A DNA stretch of 64,000 bases from a virus (lineage: Duplodnaviria; Caudoviricetes). The notes beneath the pieces are model-generated. The model saw only the letters and a list, made by a program, of their open reading frames with translations. It did not search any database and was not told where the DNA came from. The stretch lies in IMG/VR virus record IMGVR_UViG_3300031993_000016; one strand, 5' to 3'. This document shows positions 1 through 9,874 of the stretch, one piece after another (the stretch's first letter is position 1; each line of letters opens with the position of its first letter). A program made the translations under genes and the position numbers.

Positions 1-144
1 TGAATTAGGATCATCATACCATTCAACTTCGTCAAAATCTACATCTATCATTCTACCTGGTCGCCTATAATAATCCCTGATCTTATCTGAAAGTTCATCT
101 AAGATATTATCAACGACCTCTTCGGTAAATTTCGGATAATACAT
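1..144 (-). CDS. Hypothetical protein, 5' part (runs off the window)
   Basis: GGAGGGTG RBS then ATG at 144; open frame MYYPKFTEEVVDNILDEL... to window edge. Confidence 0.7.
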   Translation of the reverse strand, partial: MYYPKFTEEVVDNILDELSDKIRDYYRRPGRMIDVDFDEVEWYDDPNS

Positions 145-167
145 ACAATCACCCTCCCCCATTAACT

Positions 168-557
168 TTAACTAGATTTGGTATATCTAAAAATAATATA
201 AGTATCAGTATAATTGCTTATTGTCCTTGAGCCAAACTCAAAATATATGTTTTGATAAGCTGAATCTGAAGGATCAGTTATGTAATATATGCGTGAAAAA
301 TAGTTATCATTTGCATGATACGGTATGGTGGTTATATTTGTACCAATAAGTAAACCACGTAACTCAACAACACTATCAACATTCAACGCACTGCAATCAA
401 TTGTAGCTCCCATTGATATATTAGTTGTATGAAAACATATCTGATATATTTCTTTCCCATCAACCCATTTTAGTCCTGTAGCTTGTTCTTCGTATGAATA
501 ATTAGCACCGCCGTCACCTGCTGTATAGCTTTTGCCATTAAGCATTAAATTTGCCAT
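168..557 (-). CDS. Small tail-fibre/receptor-binding module protein
   Basis: One YSxxE..G.W.DGK.IY...YTK module shared with adjacent fibre genes; GGAGG RBS. Confidence 0.65.
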   Translation of the reverse strand: MANLMLNGKSYTAGDGGANYSYEEQATGLKWVDGKEIYQICFHTTNISMGATIDCSALNVDSVVELRGLLIGTNITTIPYHANDNYFSRIYYITDPSDSAYQNIYFEFGSRTISNYTDTYIIFRYTKSS

Positions 558-569
558 GATTGCTCCTCC

Positions 570-1736
570 TTATGTTGTACTCTTGGTATATCTCAAAGTC
601 ACTTTAATATCTGCTCCACTAAACCAACTTGAACACATTATACGGATATTATTGCCCGAACAATGGACATTGAGCCAGTCACTGCCGTCCCTGTAATCCA
701 TTCCAAATCTAATGGTACTGCCTCCCGAGGTCTTCTCTCCCGATGCCTCAATATCTACTAACCTCCCAATATTTAGGTTGGTTGTGATAGCCGTATTCGT
801 CCCCGATATTGTTCCCGAGAATGTCTTCTCATACACAGTCTCTCCGAACCATGTGCCGATGACCTTCTCACTGTCATCATAATGCACCATCGGGATTCCT
901 AATGAGCCATACGAGCCACTGCCTGCTGTATCGTTGTCCTTGGTGTATAGGATGGTGAGATATAATGTACCCGAGTCAAAACCCACATTATTGCCGATTG
1001 CAAAATACATATCCCCTTGGTAATAGTAGAGGCTTGAGCCGTTTGATTGTGCATAAGGGATTGTATAATCATAGCCCGAGCTTGTCTCGATATAATGTCC
1101 GTAAGCATTAACCACTTCAATGTCTGCTATGCTCTCAACAACATGCTCTCCCGAACTGACTCCGCTTGGATAACTTGCTACAATGGTTTTCTGATACAGA
1201 GGTTTGTCATCAATCCAAGCTCCGATTTCTCGCTCTGTCTCGCTGTATATCATAGGGGCTAGTCTATCTGTATATAAGAAATAACCAAATTTTACTCCAC
1301 GAATTCTTTTATATGTTGCTTCAATCTCAGCAGATATTGCACATAACCAAATAGTATCAGCAGCTTTTGGGATGATGTATATTAAGTTATCAGCTTTATA
1401 TCCGGTATCAATTACTAGATCTTTAGATAGGAAAAATCCAGTTGATCTAACAGTGGTATTAGTACCTTCAGCTTCTATAACGATTGCATCATAATCTGTT
1501 ACAGGGTTATTAAGCGTTGCTTCGTATACGCTTAATCCTGAAGGTGTTTCAGATCCTTCCCATAGTGTATCTATTTTACTGACATTTCCAGCACTGCCTA
1601 CTCCGTCTGTTATGAAGTATAATGTACCGTTATTTTTGGCACCATCACTTAATGCGTCATATTCTTGTTGAGTTAATTCAATATAAGTTGCGCCACCTCC
1701 AGTGTAACTTATATCATTAAGTCGTAATTCACCCAT
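570..1736 (-). CDS. Tail fibre/receptor-binding protein
   Basis: ELTQQEYDAL..LYFITD motif plus two YxxxE..IG.W...LY.KT...YTK modules; at end of baseplate operon. Confidence 0.7.
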   Translation of the reverse strand: MGELRLNDISYTGGGATYIELTQQEYDALSDGAKNNGTLYFITDGVGSAGNVSKIDTLWEGSETPSGLSVYEATLNNPVTDYDAIVIEAEGTNTTVRSTGFFLSKDLVIDTGYKADNLIYIIPKAADTIWLCAISAEIEATYKRIRGVKFGYFLYTDRLAPMIYSETEREIGAWIDDKPLYQKTIVASYPSGVSSGEHVVESIADIEVVNAYGHYIETSSGYDYTIPYAQSNGSSLYYYQGDMYFAIGNNVGFDSGTLYLTILYTKDNDTAGSGSYGSLGIPMVHYDDSEKVIGTWFGETVYEKTFSGTISGTNTAITTNLNIGRLVDIEASGEKTSGGSTIRFGMDYRDGSDWLNVHCSGNNIRIMCSSWFSGADIKVTLRYTKSTT

Positions 1737-1751
1737 AATACGTTACTCCTT

Positions 1752-2783
1752 TTACGATATTGGTTTAGTATACTGTATTGTGATGATTATATCTGTAGGA
1801 CTGTGTGTGTTTTTAAGATATAGATCACCATTTTTGTTTGGTACATAGAAGACTTCATTATAATTTGGTGCAATATCTACATAGCCGATAGACGCATCAC
1901 CTCTTGCCATATATATTTGTCGCACATCTATGTATTCAAATGGCGGTAAACAATTCTGATAAATTTCAGAAGAATATGTATATTTGTCAACATTGTTTGC
2001 TTTAAGGATGATTGTCTTTTCGTACAAAGGCTGACTGAACCAAGTTCCGACTAACTTTTCAGTATCATCATATGTATGAAACTCTGGGACACTGGCTTTA
2101 GCTGCTTGTATAGCATATGCTCTAATAGTAACTCCAGAATATCCTGCAGCAATTGCTACTTTATTAGTAGATATGTCATAAGTATATGCGATTGTATCAT
2201 GGTCTGACCACACAACCCACTCAAGTCCGTAATTAACTCGAGTGCGACCTGCAGACTTAGCAAGTCGTATCTGTTCTGCTAAATTAAATACGGCTGGCAT
2301 CCAGATTTGATTCTGATAATCTACGGCAATTGCTATATGTGTTGTTCCTGCAGGTACAGCAGTTTCTGTGCTAAATCCAGCAGCACCTTGCTGTGTAATT
2401 AATAATGACCAAACACCTCCAGCTATATCTTCCGAAAATGCAATGGCTTGACCATCTCCACCACGCTTATCTGTGATGAAATACATCATATCTTCTACAA
2501 GTTGCCCTGATTCTTTAAGCGCTTCATATTCAGCTTCGGTTAATTCGGTGAGGTTAGCACTACCACCCCCACCACCTGTAATACCATATATTATCTGGCC
2601 AACTTTTAACTTTGTAAGATCCTCTGATGCAGTCCCTGCTGGATTAGCTTCAACACCTACGCTATCTTGTAGATCATGGACTGCAGTATCTAATATGTCC
2701 ATATTAGCATTGAGCACATTTACATCAGCTTTATCTACACCGATTTCCGGTTTATTAAGATTGAGATATTCTGTCTGTTGCAA
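1752..2783 (-). CDS. Tail fibre protein
   Basis: N-terminal LNLNKP..D.NVLNANMDILD fibre anchor, ELTEAEYEAL..MYFITD motif, C-terminal YTK module. Confidence 0.75.
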   Translation of the reverse strand: MQQTEYLNLNKPEIGVDKADVNVLNANMDILDTAVHDLQDSVGVEANPAGTASEDLTKLKVGQIIYGITGGGGGSANLTELTEAEYEALKESGQLVEDMMYFITDKRGGDGQAIAFSEDIAGGVWSLLITQQGAAGFSTETAVPAGTTHIAIAVDYQNQIWMPAVFNLAEQIRLAKSAGRTRVNYGLEWVVWSDHDTIAYTYDISTNKVAIAAGYSGVTIRAYAIQAAKASVPEFHTYDDTEKLVGTWFSQPLYEKTIILKANNVDKYTYSSEIYQNCLPPFEYIDVRQIYMARGDASIGYVDIAPNYNEVFYVPNKNGDLYLKNTHSPTDIIITIQYTKPIS

Positions 2784-2807
2784 TTACCTGTACCTCCTAT
2801 ATAAGTT

Positions 2808-3062
2808 TTACCATACGAATGTATCATATACATCTTGCCAAAGCATATCTTCTATATCTGCCCAAGTCCATCCACCAAAGTATAAAGATGAATTTGTGTG
2901 AGGTATTATCTGACCATCCGGAATAACATGTGCAGTTGTTAAATAACCTTTCTGTACTTCTGGATGTGACTGACCATGTTTAATGTGTGAAGTTCGTTCA
3001 AGTGGATAAGACCCATCTTGGTTCACAGCAACTATGTAGTATTCATTAGTTGGACCACTCAT
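2808..3062 (-). CDS. Hypothetical virion protein
   Basis: 84-aa ORF in the tightly packed baseplate operon. Confidence 0.6.
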   Translation of the reverse strand: MSGPTNEYYIVAVNQDGSYPLERTSHIKHGQSHPEVQKGYLTTAHVIPDGQIIPHTNSSLYFGGWTWADIEDMLWQDVYDTFVW

Positions 3063-3073
3063 ATCAACACCCC

Positions 3074-4402
3074 CTATTCACCTACTGGATAGCTTGGTTC
3101 ATCTATTGAAATTGCATCACCAATAACATGCATAACAGGATTAACTGCAGGTCTTGGATTAACAATATCTGTACTTCTATCATCTTCAATTGTCCATATA
3201 TCTGAACTTTCAGCTTCTTCACGAGCTTTATCATATCGAAGATTCCAATCGCTCGGACGCCGAACTCCATCAACTGTAAAATAAGAATCAGCTTCATCTG
3301 GCAATACATAATCATCCGGATAACTTACAGATACATCCTGCGGCTCCCACCCTAATCCAAAAATCTGCTCTTTGTTATGCAGGTCTACATCTTCAATTGG
3401 TTCACCTGGTTTTATAGGTACTAAAGATCTAACTATGTGTTCATTGTTACAAAGCTGCAGTGAATAAAGTGATCTATATCCTGGATTGATATCACGGTTG
3501 CGAGCTTGTACTGGATCATCTTCTAAACCGCCCTCATAATCAGCATTACGATACCACACATTACGACGCGTATCTGTAAGTTCTTGTTTTGGCACGCGAA
3601 CTGTTCTATCAGCTTTATCAACCCATTCAAGATGTAATGGATCACGAATTGTACCGCGGCGTAATTTCTTATCTGTCGATTCAGCTGTATGAATTTCTGT
3701 AAGATCTTGAGATGTATTGGTAAGACGTTGTAATCTGGCGTAATCATCACGACTGTAATGCCCAACATGTGTCGGACCTATAGATAAACCTACATCATTC
3801 ATATTTGTAAGTCTACCATCAATTGTGAGCTTTGTTCTACCATCCATCCTTACACCTGCATGTTGAAAACAATACATCCCAAGCGGTCTTACATATTCAA
3901 TACATGCGTCTATTGGTAGCTTGTCTGAGAAATATACTACCTCAATATACCCTTCTGCAGTATGGGGAGTAACTTGTGCAGAGTTTACAGGTAAACTTGT
4001 ATCTTCTAATCTATCATACAAGATATCTTTAGGCGGAATTACGTCGCCTTGACTGTTAGTATAACCTACGCCTGCAAGTGTTTCAATATCAAACTGTTTC
4101 AGATTAGCTTCAGCTGCGAGAGTAACCCCATCCTTGCTGCCTCGATTTCGTATCATCGACATGAAGTATACTAGTACAAATCGATTGAACGCTGTAGGTA
4201 ATCTGTCATCATATTTGAACCCAATTGTATCTGCTAGCATCCAAAGCAGATTAGCGGGGCAGCGCAAACAATCATATAAATCATATCCATTCTCTGTATC
4301 ATAGTTAATTTTAGTTAAACATTGATCAAACCATTCTAAGAAGAATCGAAAATCTTGACTTTCTGTGTATATTTCAGGAACAGCAATATCTTTGAATCGC
4401 AT
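3074..4402 (-). CDS. Baseplate wedge protein (P2 gpI-like N-terminus)
   Basis: D...CP.NLLWMLADTIGF...IRNRGSKDGV pattern; follows the baseplate J-like gene. Confidence 0.65.
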   Translation of the reverse strand: MRFKDIAVPEIYTESQDFRFFLEWFDQCLTKINYDTENGYDLYDCLRCPANLLWMLADTIGFKYDDRLPTAFNRFVLVYFMSMIRNRGSKDGVTLAAEANLKQFDIETLAGVGYTNSQGDVIPPKDILYDRLEDTSLPVNSAQVTPHTAEGYIEVVYFSDKLPIDACIEYVRPLGMYCFQHAGVRMDGRTKLTIDGRLTNMNDVGLSIGPTHVGHYSRDDYARLQRLTNTSQDLTEIHTAESTDKKLRRGTIRDPLHLEWVDKADRTVRVPKQELTDTRRNVWYRNADYEGGLEDDPVQARNRDINPGYRSLYSLQLCNNEHIVRSLVPIKPGEPIEDVDLHNKEQIFGLGWEPQDVSVSYPDDYVLPDEADSYFTVDGVRRPSDWNLRYDKAREEAESSDIWTIEDDRSTDIVNPRPAVNPVMHVIGDAISIDEPSYPVGE

Positions 4403-4406
4403 CTAG

Positions 4407-6485
4407 TTACCTCCGAGTTTCTATAAGACATTCTGGAGCAATACGTAATCCATTTGTAGCACTACTAGGCGTATAACGAGCGAAGCTGATTATATTGAAA
4501 TATTCCGGATCACATTTATCATATACAATCACTGGATTACTTATGTTACCAGCATCAAAATAGTCTACACGGTCATCTGCATTCTGTATTACTTTAACCA
4601 CCTCCATTGTGGTTGGTTTCTGACCCATGTGCCTGCTTGCTGGTGCGAAACATAACGCCAAAGCTTCTTGCACTTTTGCAATTATAACCTCACCAACATC
4701 TTTGCTTACAGGTTTCTTTGTATATATTTGACCTACAATATAGAAGTTAAACACTCGTACATCACCGAATTCTAATTCTACTGACATAGCTTGTAACGGC
4801 CTATAATCTCGCTTAACTGCATCTATGAATTGATCTGATGGTCTGTATTTGATAAATACTTGTCTATTAGATACTTTCGCAGATGATGTAACTCCTGGAC
4901 CCCATATACTATTTTTTGCAAAATCATTATGTATTGCAAAACACATCGCTGTATATGTTTTGAAATTAGTAGTAAAATCAATTTCAGGTTCTGCACCGAC
5001 TGCTTTAGGTATTTTTAACATGTAACCTGGATTAACTACAGAATCTGGAGTTAAGTTGTTATACTCTAATAAATCATCATAGGAAACATTATACATGTTT
5101 GCAATTTCTTCTAATGTCTCTCCAGGTGCTACTTTGTGCATTGTTTTAGTGACGAATGTCTCTGTATCTATCTTAGATGCCCAATCTTTTGAAAGATCTC
5201 CTACTGGAAAATCATAATTGGTGATGTACATTTTACGTTTTTGGCTGACGGACAGATTATCATCTTGATAAATTGCTAAATTAGTTTCGAGTGCTTTTTG
5301 ACAATCTAATACAATACCACAATCTACACCAGGCTCTCTATTTAAGAATCTATTGAAGTCAGGTAATGTAATTAAACTATCCCAGGTGTTGATATAATTT
5401 CTGCTGTTGAAATATGCCTCTTTAGCAGTTTCGGGACTCTTACCAGTTACTGTGTGCGTGTTTGGCAATTCTACAGTATTAGATAAGTTAGATACTGCCC
5501 AAGCATTCGAAGACTCTTCGGGTAATCCAGTTGAATCATTGGCTTGAAGATAATTAGATAATACATCTGTACCAACACAACCAATAACTCCAGAACAATC
5601 TAACCAATATATCATTATGTACGAATTATCATCATAAGATTCGAGCTGATCTAAGTAATTACTTATTTGAATCTGTGCATTTGAATAAGAATCATAAGTT
5701 ACAGCGAATCTAGGTTCTGGGGTAACAAATTCTGCAGGACTAGCACATTGTACCCACTGTGTTGCTAAGAAGTTATCTGCGTCTTTAGATGCTTTGGCCT
5801 TCACCCAAATAGCAGTAGTATCAATATGCTGTGATGGTATATTTATTATGTAGTTGTTTTTACGAATGTAATCTACAGATACTGCATAGTATCTGAATTC
5901 GCCTTCAACAGCTACACGAGTTACAGTTTCACCGGGATTAAGTGTAACTTGATCACTCTCAGCAAATACATTTAAATTATCTGTTGTAACAGAGCGTCTA
6001 CTACGACTTTCAGAAGCTCCATACTTATTTGTAAGTGGCAATATATTATAAGTAATTACTCTGGACTGATTAGTTATGTCTGTATACGCATTCAACGTAC
6101 AGAAATTAGATCCGTTGAATCCAAAATCAAATGTAATCGGATTCTGAGAGTTATTTGTAAACGTTACTTCAGTCCTTGCAGCTGTATACCAACCAAGCTC
6201 ATAACCTATTAACGCAAACAGCTTCTCAGCATCCTTTCGTTGACGAACAGAAGGTGCATATATCTCGGTTGCAAGTGCATCTAAGTTAACACCCAGCATA
6301 TTAGCTGCACTCGCAAGTAACTTACCTAATACAACTCCTGGATCCGCATCAGCTTCAGGCTTCCACAACTCAGTAAGTTTAGGCACCATATCCCAAAAAT
6401 CTGCTAATATGGACTCATAATCACGGCTTGTATATTTAACTAGACCCTTTTCTTCATAATCTGTATTATTAATATCTACCGCCAT
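4407..6485 (-). CDS. Baseplate wedge protein (P2 gpJ/T4 gp6-like) with inserted LysM domain
   Basis: YTSRDYESI..DPGVVL..LIGY N-terminus; G.SPET..A...LITLPDF motif; LysM HKVAPGETLEEIANMYNVSYDDLLEYNNL. Confidence 0.8.
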   Translation of the reverse strand: MAVDINNTDYEEKGLVKYTSRDYESILADFWDMVPKLTELWKPEADADPGVVLGKLLASAANMLGVNLDALATEIYAPSVRQRKDAEKLFALIGYELGWYTAARTEVTFTNNSQNPITFDFGFNGSNFCTLNAYTDITNQSRVITYNILPLTNKYGASESRSRRSVTTDNLNVFAESDQVTLNPGETVTRVAVEGEFRYYAVSVDYIRKNNYIINIPSQHIDTTAIWVKAKASKDADNFLATQWVQCASPAEFVTPEPRFAVTYDSYSNAQIQISNYLDQLESYDDNSYIMIYWLDCSGVIGCVGTDVLSNYLQANDSTGLPEESSNAWAVSNLSNTVELPNTHTVTGKSPETAKEAYFNSRNYINTWDSLITLPDFNRFLNREPGVDCGIVLDCQKALETNLAIYQDDNLSVSQKRKMYITNYDFPVGDLSKDWASKIDTETFVTKTMHKVAPGETLEEIANMYNVSYDDLLEYNNLTPDSVVNPGYMLKIPKAVGAEPEIDFTTNFKTYTAMCFAIHNDFAKNSIWGPGVTSSAKVSNRQVFIKYRPSDQFIDAVKRDYRPLQAMSVELEFGDVRVFNFYIVGQIYTKKPVSKDVGEVIIAKVQEALALCFAPASRHMGQKPTTMEVVKVIQNADDRVDYFDAGNISNPVIVYDKCDPEYFNIISFARYTPSSATNGLRIAPECLIETRR

Positions 6486-6938
6486 TTATTGCTCCTCCGT
6501 ATTGAAAAGTTTAGCTCGCTCTTCTTCAATGTCAAGAGTCATGTTTAATCTATCTTTATAGATAGTTTGTAAACCGATTGTCATTTTAAGCTCATTAGCT
6601 TCTATAGCTGTACCTGAATACTGTGTATCACCTGTAAATGCTAAACCATCAGCAAATTGTGTTTGTTCAGCATCAACATAAGGTTCATGAGCTTTAAGCT
6701 GCTCTTTTATCCTAGCTTGTATGATGGCCTTTGTGTTAGGTGTATTATACTGCCATAAGTATCGTTTGAGCCCTACACCTTGCGTAGGTTCATTATACAG
6801 CTCTGTTGGGTTTGTTAATATAAGTAATCGAGTTCGATTTACAATAGATTTGTCTCCTGTATATGTTGATACACAATTTCGCGTAACGTCTATCATATTT
6901 GGGAAACTGATACTAGATGTTGTGTTATTCATAATCAA
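6486..6938 (-). CDS. Baseplate protein, gp25/GPW family
   Basis: RLLILTNPTE.YNEP..GVGLKRYLW...IKEQL..HEPYV matches gp25 pattern; position. Confidence 0.75.
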   Translation of the reverse strand: MIMNNTTSSISFPNMIDVTRNCVSTYTGDKSIVNRTRLLILTNPTELYNEPTQGVGLKRYLWQYNTPNTKAIIQARIKEQLKAHEPYVDAEQTQFADGLAFTGDTQYSGTAIEANELKMTIGLQTIYKDRLNMTLDIEEERAKLFNTEEQ

Positions 6939-7234
6939 TCTCCTGTATTATTAACTGATGTATAATATGAACCACCTGTAAGACCTATTACCATAAAATG
7001 TGAGGTATTTTCGGTAGTATTCATGAGAGCTACTACTTCGCCTTCGACGGGTAGATGTGGTAACAGCACAGATGGGTAATATGGTAGATCTCCGTCACGT
7101 GTGTAGCTCTTTACAGATCTACCCTCATATTCTCTTTGATTCATAGGCCCATGAATAGAAGGAATTCGCACTTGAATAAGTAATGTCCCATCACCAGCAT
7201 ACTTATAATCTTTTACATAACCATTTACTACCAA
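6935..7234 (-). CDS. Baseplate spike OB-fold-like protein (gp5/gpV N-terminal-like)
   Basis: IQVRIPSIHGP...LP.EGEVVA...VIG; between tail lysin and gp25. Confidence 0.55.
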   Translation of the reverse strand: MVVNGYVKDYKYAGDGTLLIQVRIPSIHGPMNQREYEGRSVKSYTRDGDLPYYPSVLLPHLPVEGEVVALMNTTENTSHFMVIGLTGGSYYTSVNNTGD

Positions 7235-7243
7235 TCTATCACC

Positions 7244-9862
7244 TCAGCTCAACCATGAACCATAATTAACTATTCTATCTATCTTTTTATCTAACCAACC
7301 AGCATCTTGTAGACCTTTACGAAGTACATTTTGATCATGTCCATATGCTTCCCATTCAACTACATCTACTTGATTGCCGAAATAATGCCCCCATTCAGAA
7401 GGAGAATCACCACCCTTTGCATCTGCAATAATTGCATTGAAATAGGTCCCATCTTTGAATACTACTGACACAACATCTCCGACATCACCAAACACCGGTT
7501 TAAGTGCAATCAAATAATATCCGCTAATTGTTGCTACACTATAAGTATTAGGCCTACCTTGTGATGCCCATATATCCGCTAATTTACGCTGTACACCTAC
7601 CCATTCATTAAAGTATTCTGTATAACTAGTATAGTTAGCGATTATACCTGTTTGAGGCACCGAGTCAGGTATTGATACCGCAGTACCTTGAGTCACCTTC
7701 ACACCAGATTGTTTAGTTATTACTTCTTGAGCACTAGCAGAAACGCCAGTAGGTCCTGCATTGCTGTTAACTACAACTACTTGGTTCCAATACTCTTCTG
7801 CATAACCTTGTCGTTCTATAGATTTACGATTAACTTCTGCAGGAAATTCAAAGTTTCTGATAAATGCATCAGTAGCTGTTTTAGCACCCTCAAGTGTATT
7901 AGGTACACTTTGTAATGTATGTAACAAATCAATATAATATGATTGATTAAGCTCTATCCATAAGTATTCAAGTTGGCCTGTTAAATTAGTACTCCAATTT
8001 GTACCAGCAACTTGACGCATAGCGGTATTTCGCTCATTATGCCATTGACATAATCCAAATGATGTACCATAATCACCAACAGCATCTGTTCTAAATGAGC
8101 TTTCAGCACGAATGTTAGCAATTACACCAATAGCTGCAGCAGTGTTTAGACCTTTGCTTAAAAGAAATTCTACAATTTCACGAGGTATTGGATCTAATCC
8201 ATCTATGTTATCAGGACTACCTAAGTATCCATCAGGAACTGCTTCTACAACACCCCCAAGTAACCTAACAAGCACCTGTAACATTGATGTGTAATTGATA
8301 ACAGATAACTTTACACTTGTTAATGATATAGAAGGTTTACAGTCATAAGTCATGTAGCAAACTTCACGAATAGATGCATCCAATCTATCGTTTTCTGTAT
8401 CATATAGATCTCTGCGAATGTAAGATGCAGTACCCGTACCAATTGTTGCAGTGCCGCCTACTTTTGTCCAATCAGGTCGAGCATACCAACCAATACCACT
8501 ACCTGTTCGATTCTTCTCTCTAAATTTGTATTCGCTATTACCGGTATTACCTTCAACAGTATACACGATATCACCTTCGCAATATCTAACAATGCCGATA
8601 TGTTGACCATCCCAATATGGATCACCTGGGTTTTGATAAATGATCAAATCGCCAGCTTGTGGCACAGCGTCTGAATTACCACACATAGGCCCATCAATTC
8701 GAGTACCGCCATATTTTTTGACAATTTGTTCTCCAAATGACGGAGCTACATAATCGTCTCCTGGCATGATTACACCAGCATACCCACAGGCCTTAGCAAC
8801 AGCACAACAAGTAGCTGCGCACCAAGCTTGATTCCCTATGTTGGTCATGGACTGAACCCAAGCATGCCCTCCAGTGCCTACATGACTTTCAGCTTCGGCT
8901 ACAAATTTCCTTGCAGGGTGTTCAGGGCTTGTTATGTCTACAATACTAACAGCATCACCACTAACTGCAGGATTGTATATGAATCCTACAAATGTATATC
9001 CGCTATAATCATCATAATTAGGTGGATATCTTTTAGTAGTCCAAAACCGATTGCTCCACCCTACACGACTAGACCATCCGCTTTCGGATGTAGTTATCGA
9101 AATAACTTTGCCAGTAGCGTCTCGTTCAATTTCTTCTACAATACCTACATGGTTAGGCTTCCATACAATTACAGCACCTAACCTTGGTTGATATGGGTCT
9201 GTAGTTTTTTGATATACTTGCGACTCATCATACCAATCGCCTGCATTACCTGTAGGAAGTGCATCAGGAAATCCATTCATAATCTCAGCAAATCTGCCCC
9301 AAGCATATCCAACACACTGACCTGTTAGCTCGCCTCCACTTAATACACAAGTATGCGTGATAGGTTCTACTGGACAATATACTGTAGCAAATTCATGAGT
9401 ATTATATACATTAGCGATTTCAACAAATTCCTCAGTTGCTACAAGTTTAACACTCATACCTTCGCATAAACATTCGGTAGTAATGATTTGATAGTCTTCT
9501 GCATCAGCTAGATTATATATCAGCCATCTGTGATTTGCGCTAGCTCGATAAGTATGACCATTATTAAATGTAACTGACCAAAGTTCTTGTAACCCAAACT
9601 CGCATATTTGAGCTTTTCGATATATTCCGTCTATAGTTAGAATATTTGGCGATGTATTCACTGCATCTCGTAAACACACATTACCTAAATCTGTCATGAT
9701 TTCAGTATCTCCTGAAAAGCAATTTGGTAACACACAATTATATGTTTGCGATTCTGGAGAGTTACCAATTAGTAATCTACCTTGAGCAAAGTCATAGTTC
9801 CACCACTGTGCAGTAGGTTCTGGAGTTGTTAATCTAGGACTATATCCTGTATTACTTGGCAT
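7244..9862 (-). CDS. Tail-associated multidomain peptidoglycan hydrolase (intein-split CHAP + CHAP + phage tail lysozyme)
   Basis: LPN/CVGYAWGR..HVGIVE; WCAA..HIGIV..TVEGNT; AAIGVIANIRAES..FGLCQW. Confidence 0.85.
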   Translation of the reverse strand: MPSNTGYSPRLTTPEPTAQWWNYDFAQGRLLIGNSPESQTYNCVLPNCFSGDTEIMTDLGNVCLRDAVNTSPNILTIDGIYRKAQICEFGLQELWSVTFNNGHTYRASANHRWLIYNLADAEDYQIITTECLCEGMSVKLVATEEFVEIANVYNTHEFATVYCPVEPITHTCVLSGGELTGQCVGYAWGRFAEIMNGFPDALPTGNAGDWYDESQVYQKTTDPYQPRLGAVIVWKPNHVGIVEEIERDATGKVISITTSESGWSSRVGWSNRFWTTKRYPPNYDDYSGYTFVGFIYNPAVSGDAVSIVDITSPEHPARKFVAEAESHVGTGGHAWVQSMTNIGNQAWCAATCCAVAKACGYAGVIMPGDDYVAPSFGEQIVKKYGGTRIDGPMCGNSDAVPQAGDLIIYQNPGDPYWDGQHIGIVRYCEGDIVYTVEGNTGNSEYKFREKNRTGSGIGWYARPDWTKVGGTATIGTGTASYIRRDLYDTENDRLDASIREVCYMTYDCKPSISLTSVKLSVINYTSMLQVLVRLLGGVVEAVPDGYLGSPDNIDGLDPIPREIVEFLLSKGLNTAAAIGVIANIRAESSFRTDAVGDYGTSFGLCQWHNERNTAMRQVAGTNWSTNLTGQLEYLWIELNQSYYIDLLHTLQSVPNTLEGAKTATDAFIRNFEFPAEVNRKSIERQGYAEEYWNQVVVVNSNAGPTGVSASAQEVITKQSGVKVTQGTAVSIPDSVPQTGIIANYTSYTEYFNEWVGVQRKLADIWASQGRPNTYSVATISGYYLIALKPVFGDVGDVVSVVFKDGTYFNAIIADAKGGDSPSEWGHYFGNQVDVVEWEAYGHDQNVLRKGLQDAGWLDKKIDRIVNYGSWLS
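9317..9721 (-). mobile_element. Mini-intein (135 aa, Hint only) in the tail lysin
   Basis: Starts CFSGDTEI, block B ASANHRW, ends VYCPVEPITHTCVLSGGELTGQ, +1 residue Cys; removal restores CHAP motif LPNCVGYAWGR. Confidence 0.85.
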
Positions 9863-9874
9863 GAATCTACCTCT

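Noticed and set aside
168-2783. Diversity-generating retroelement target
   Set aside because: No reverse transcriptase and no near-identical TR/VR pair differing at adenines visible in this window.
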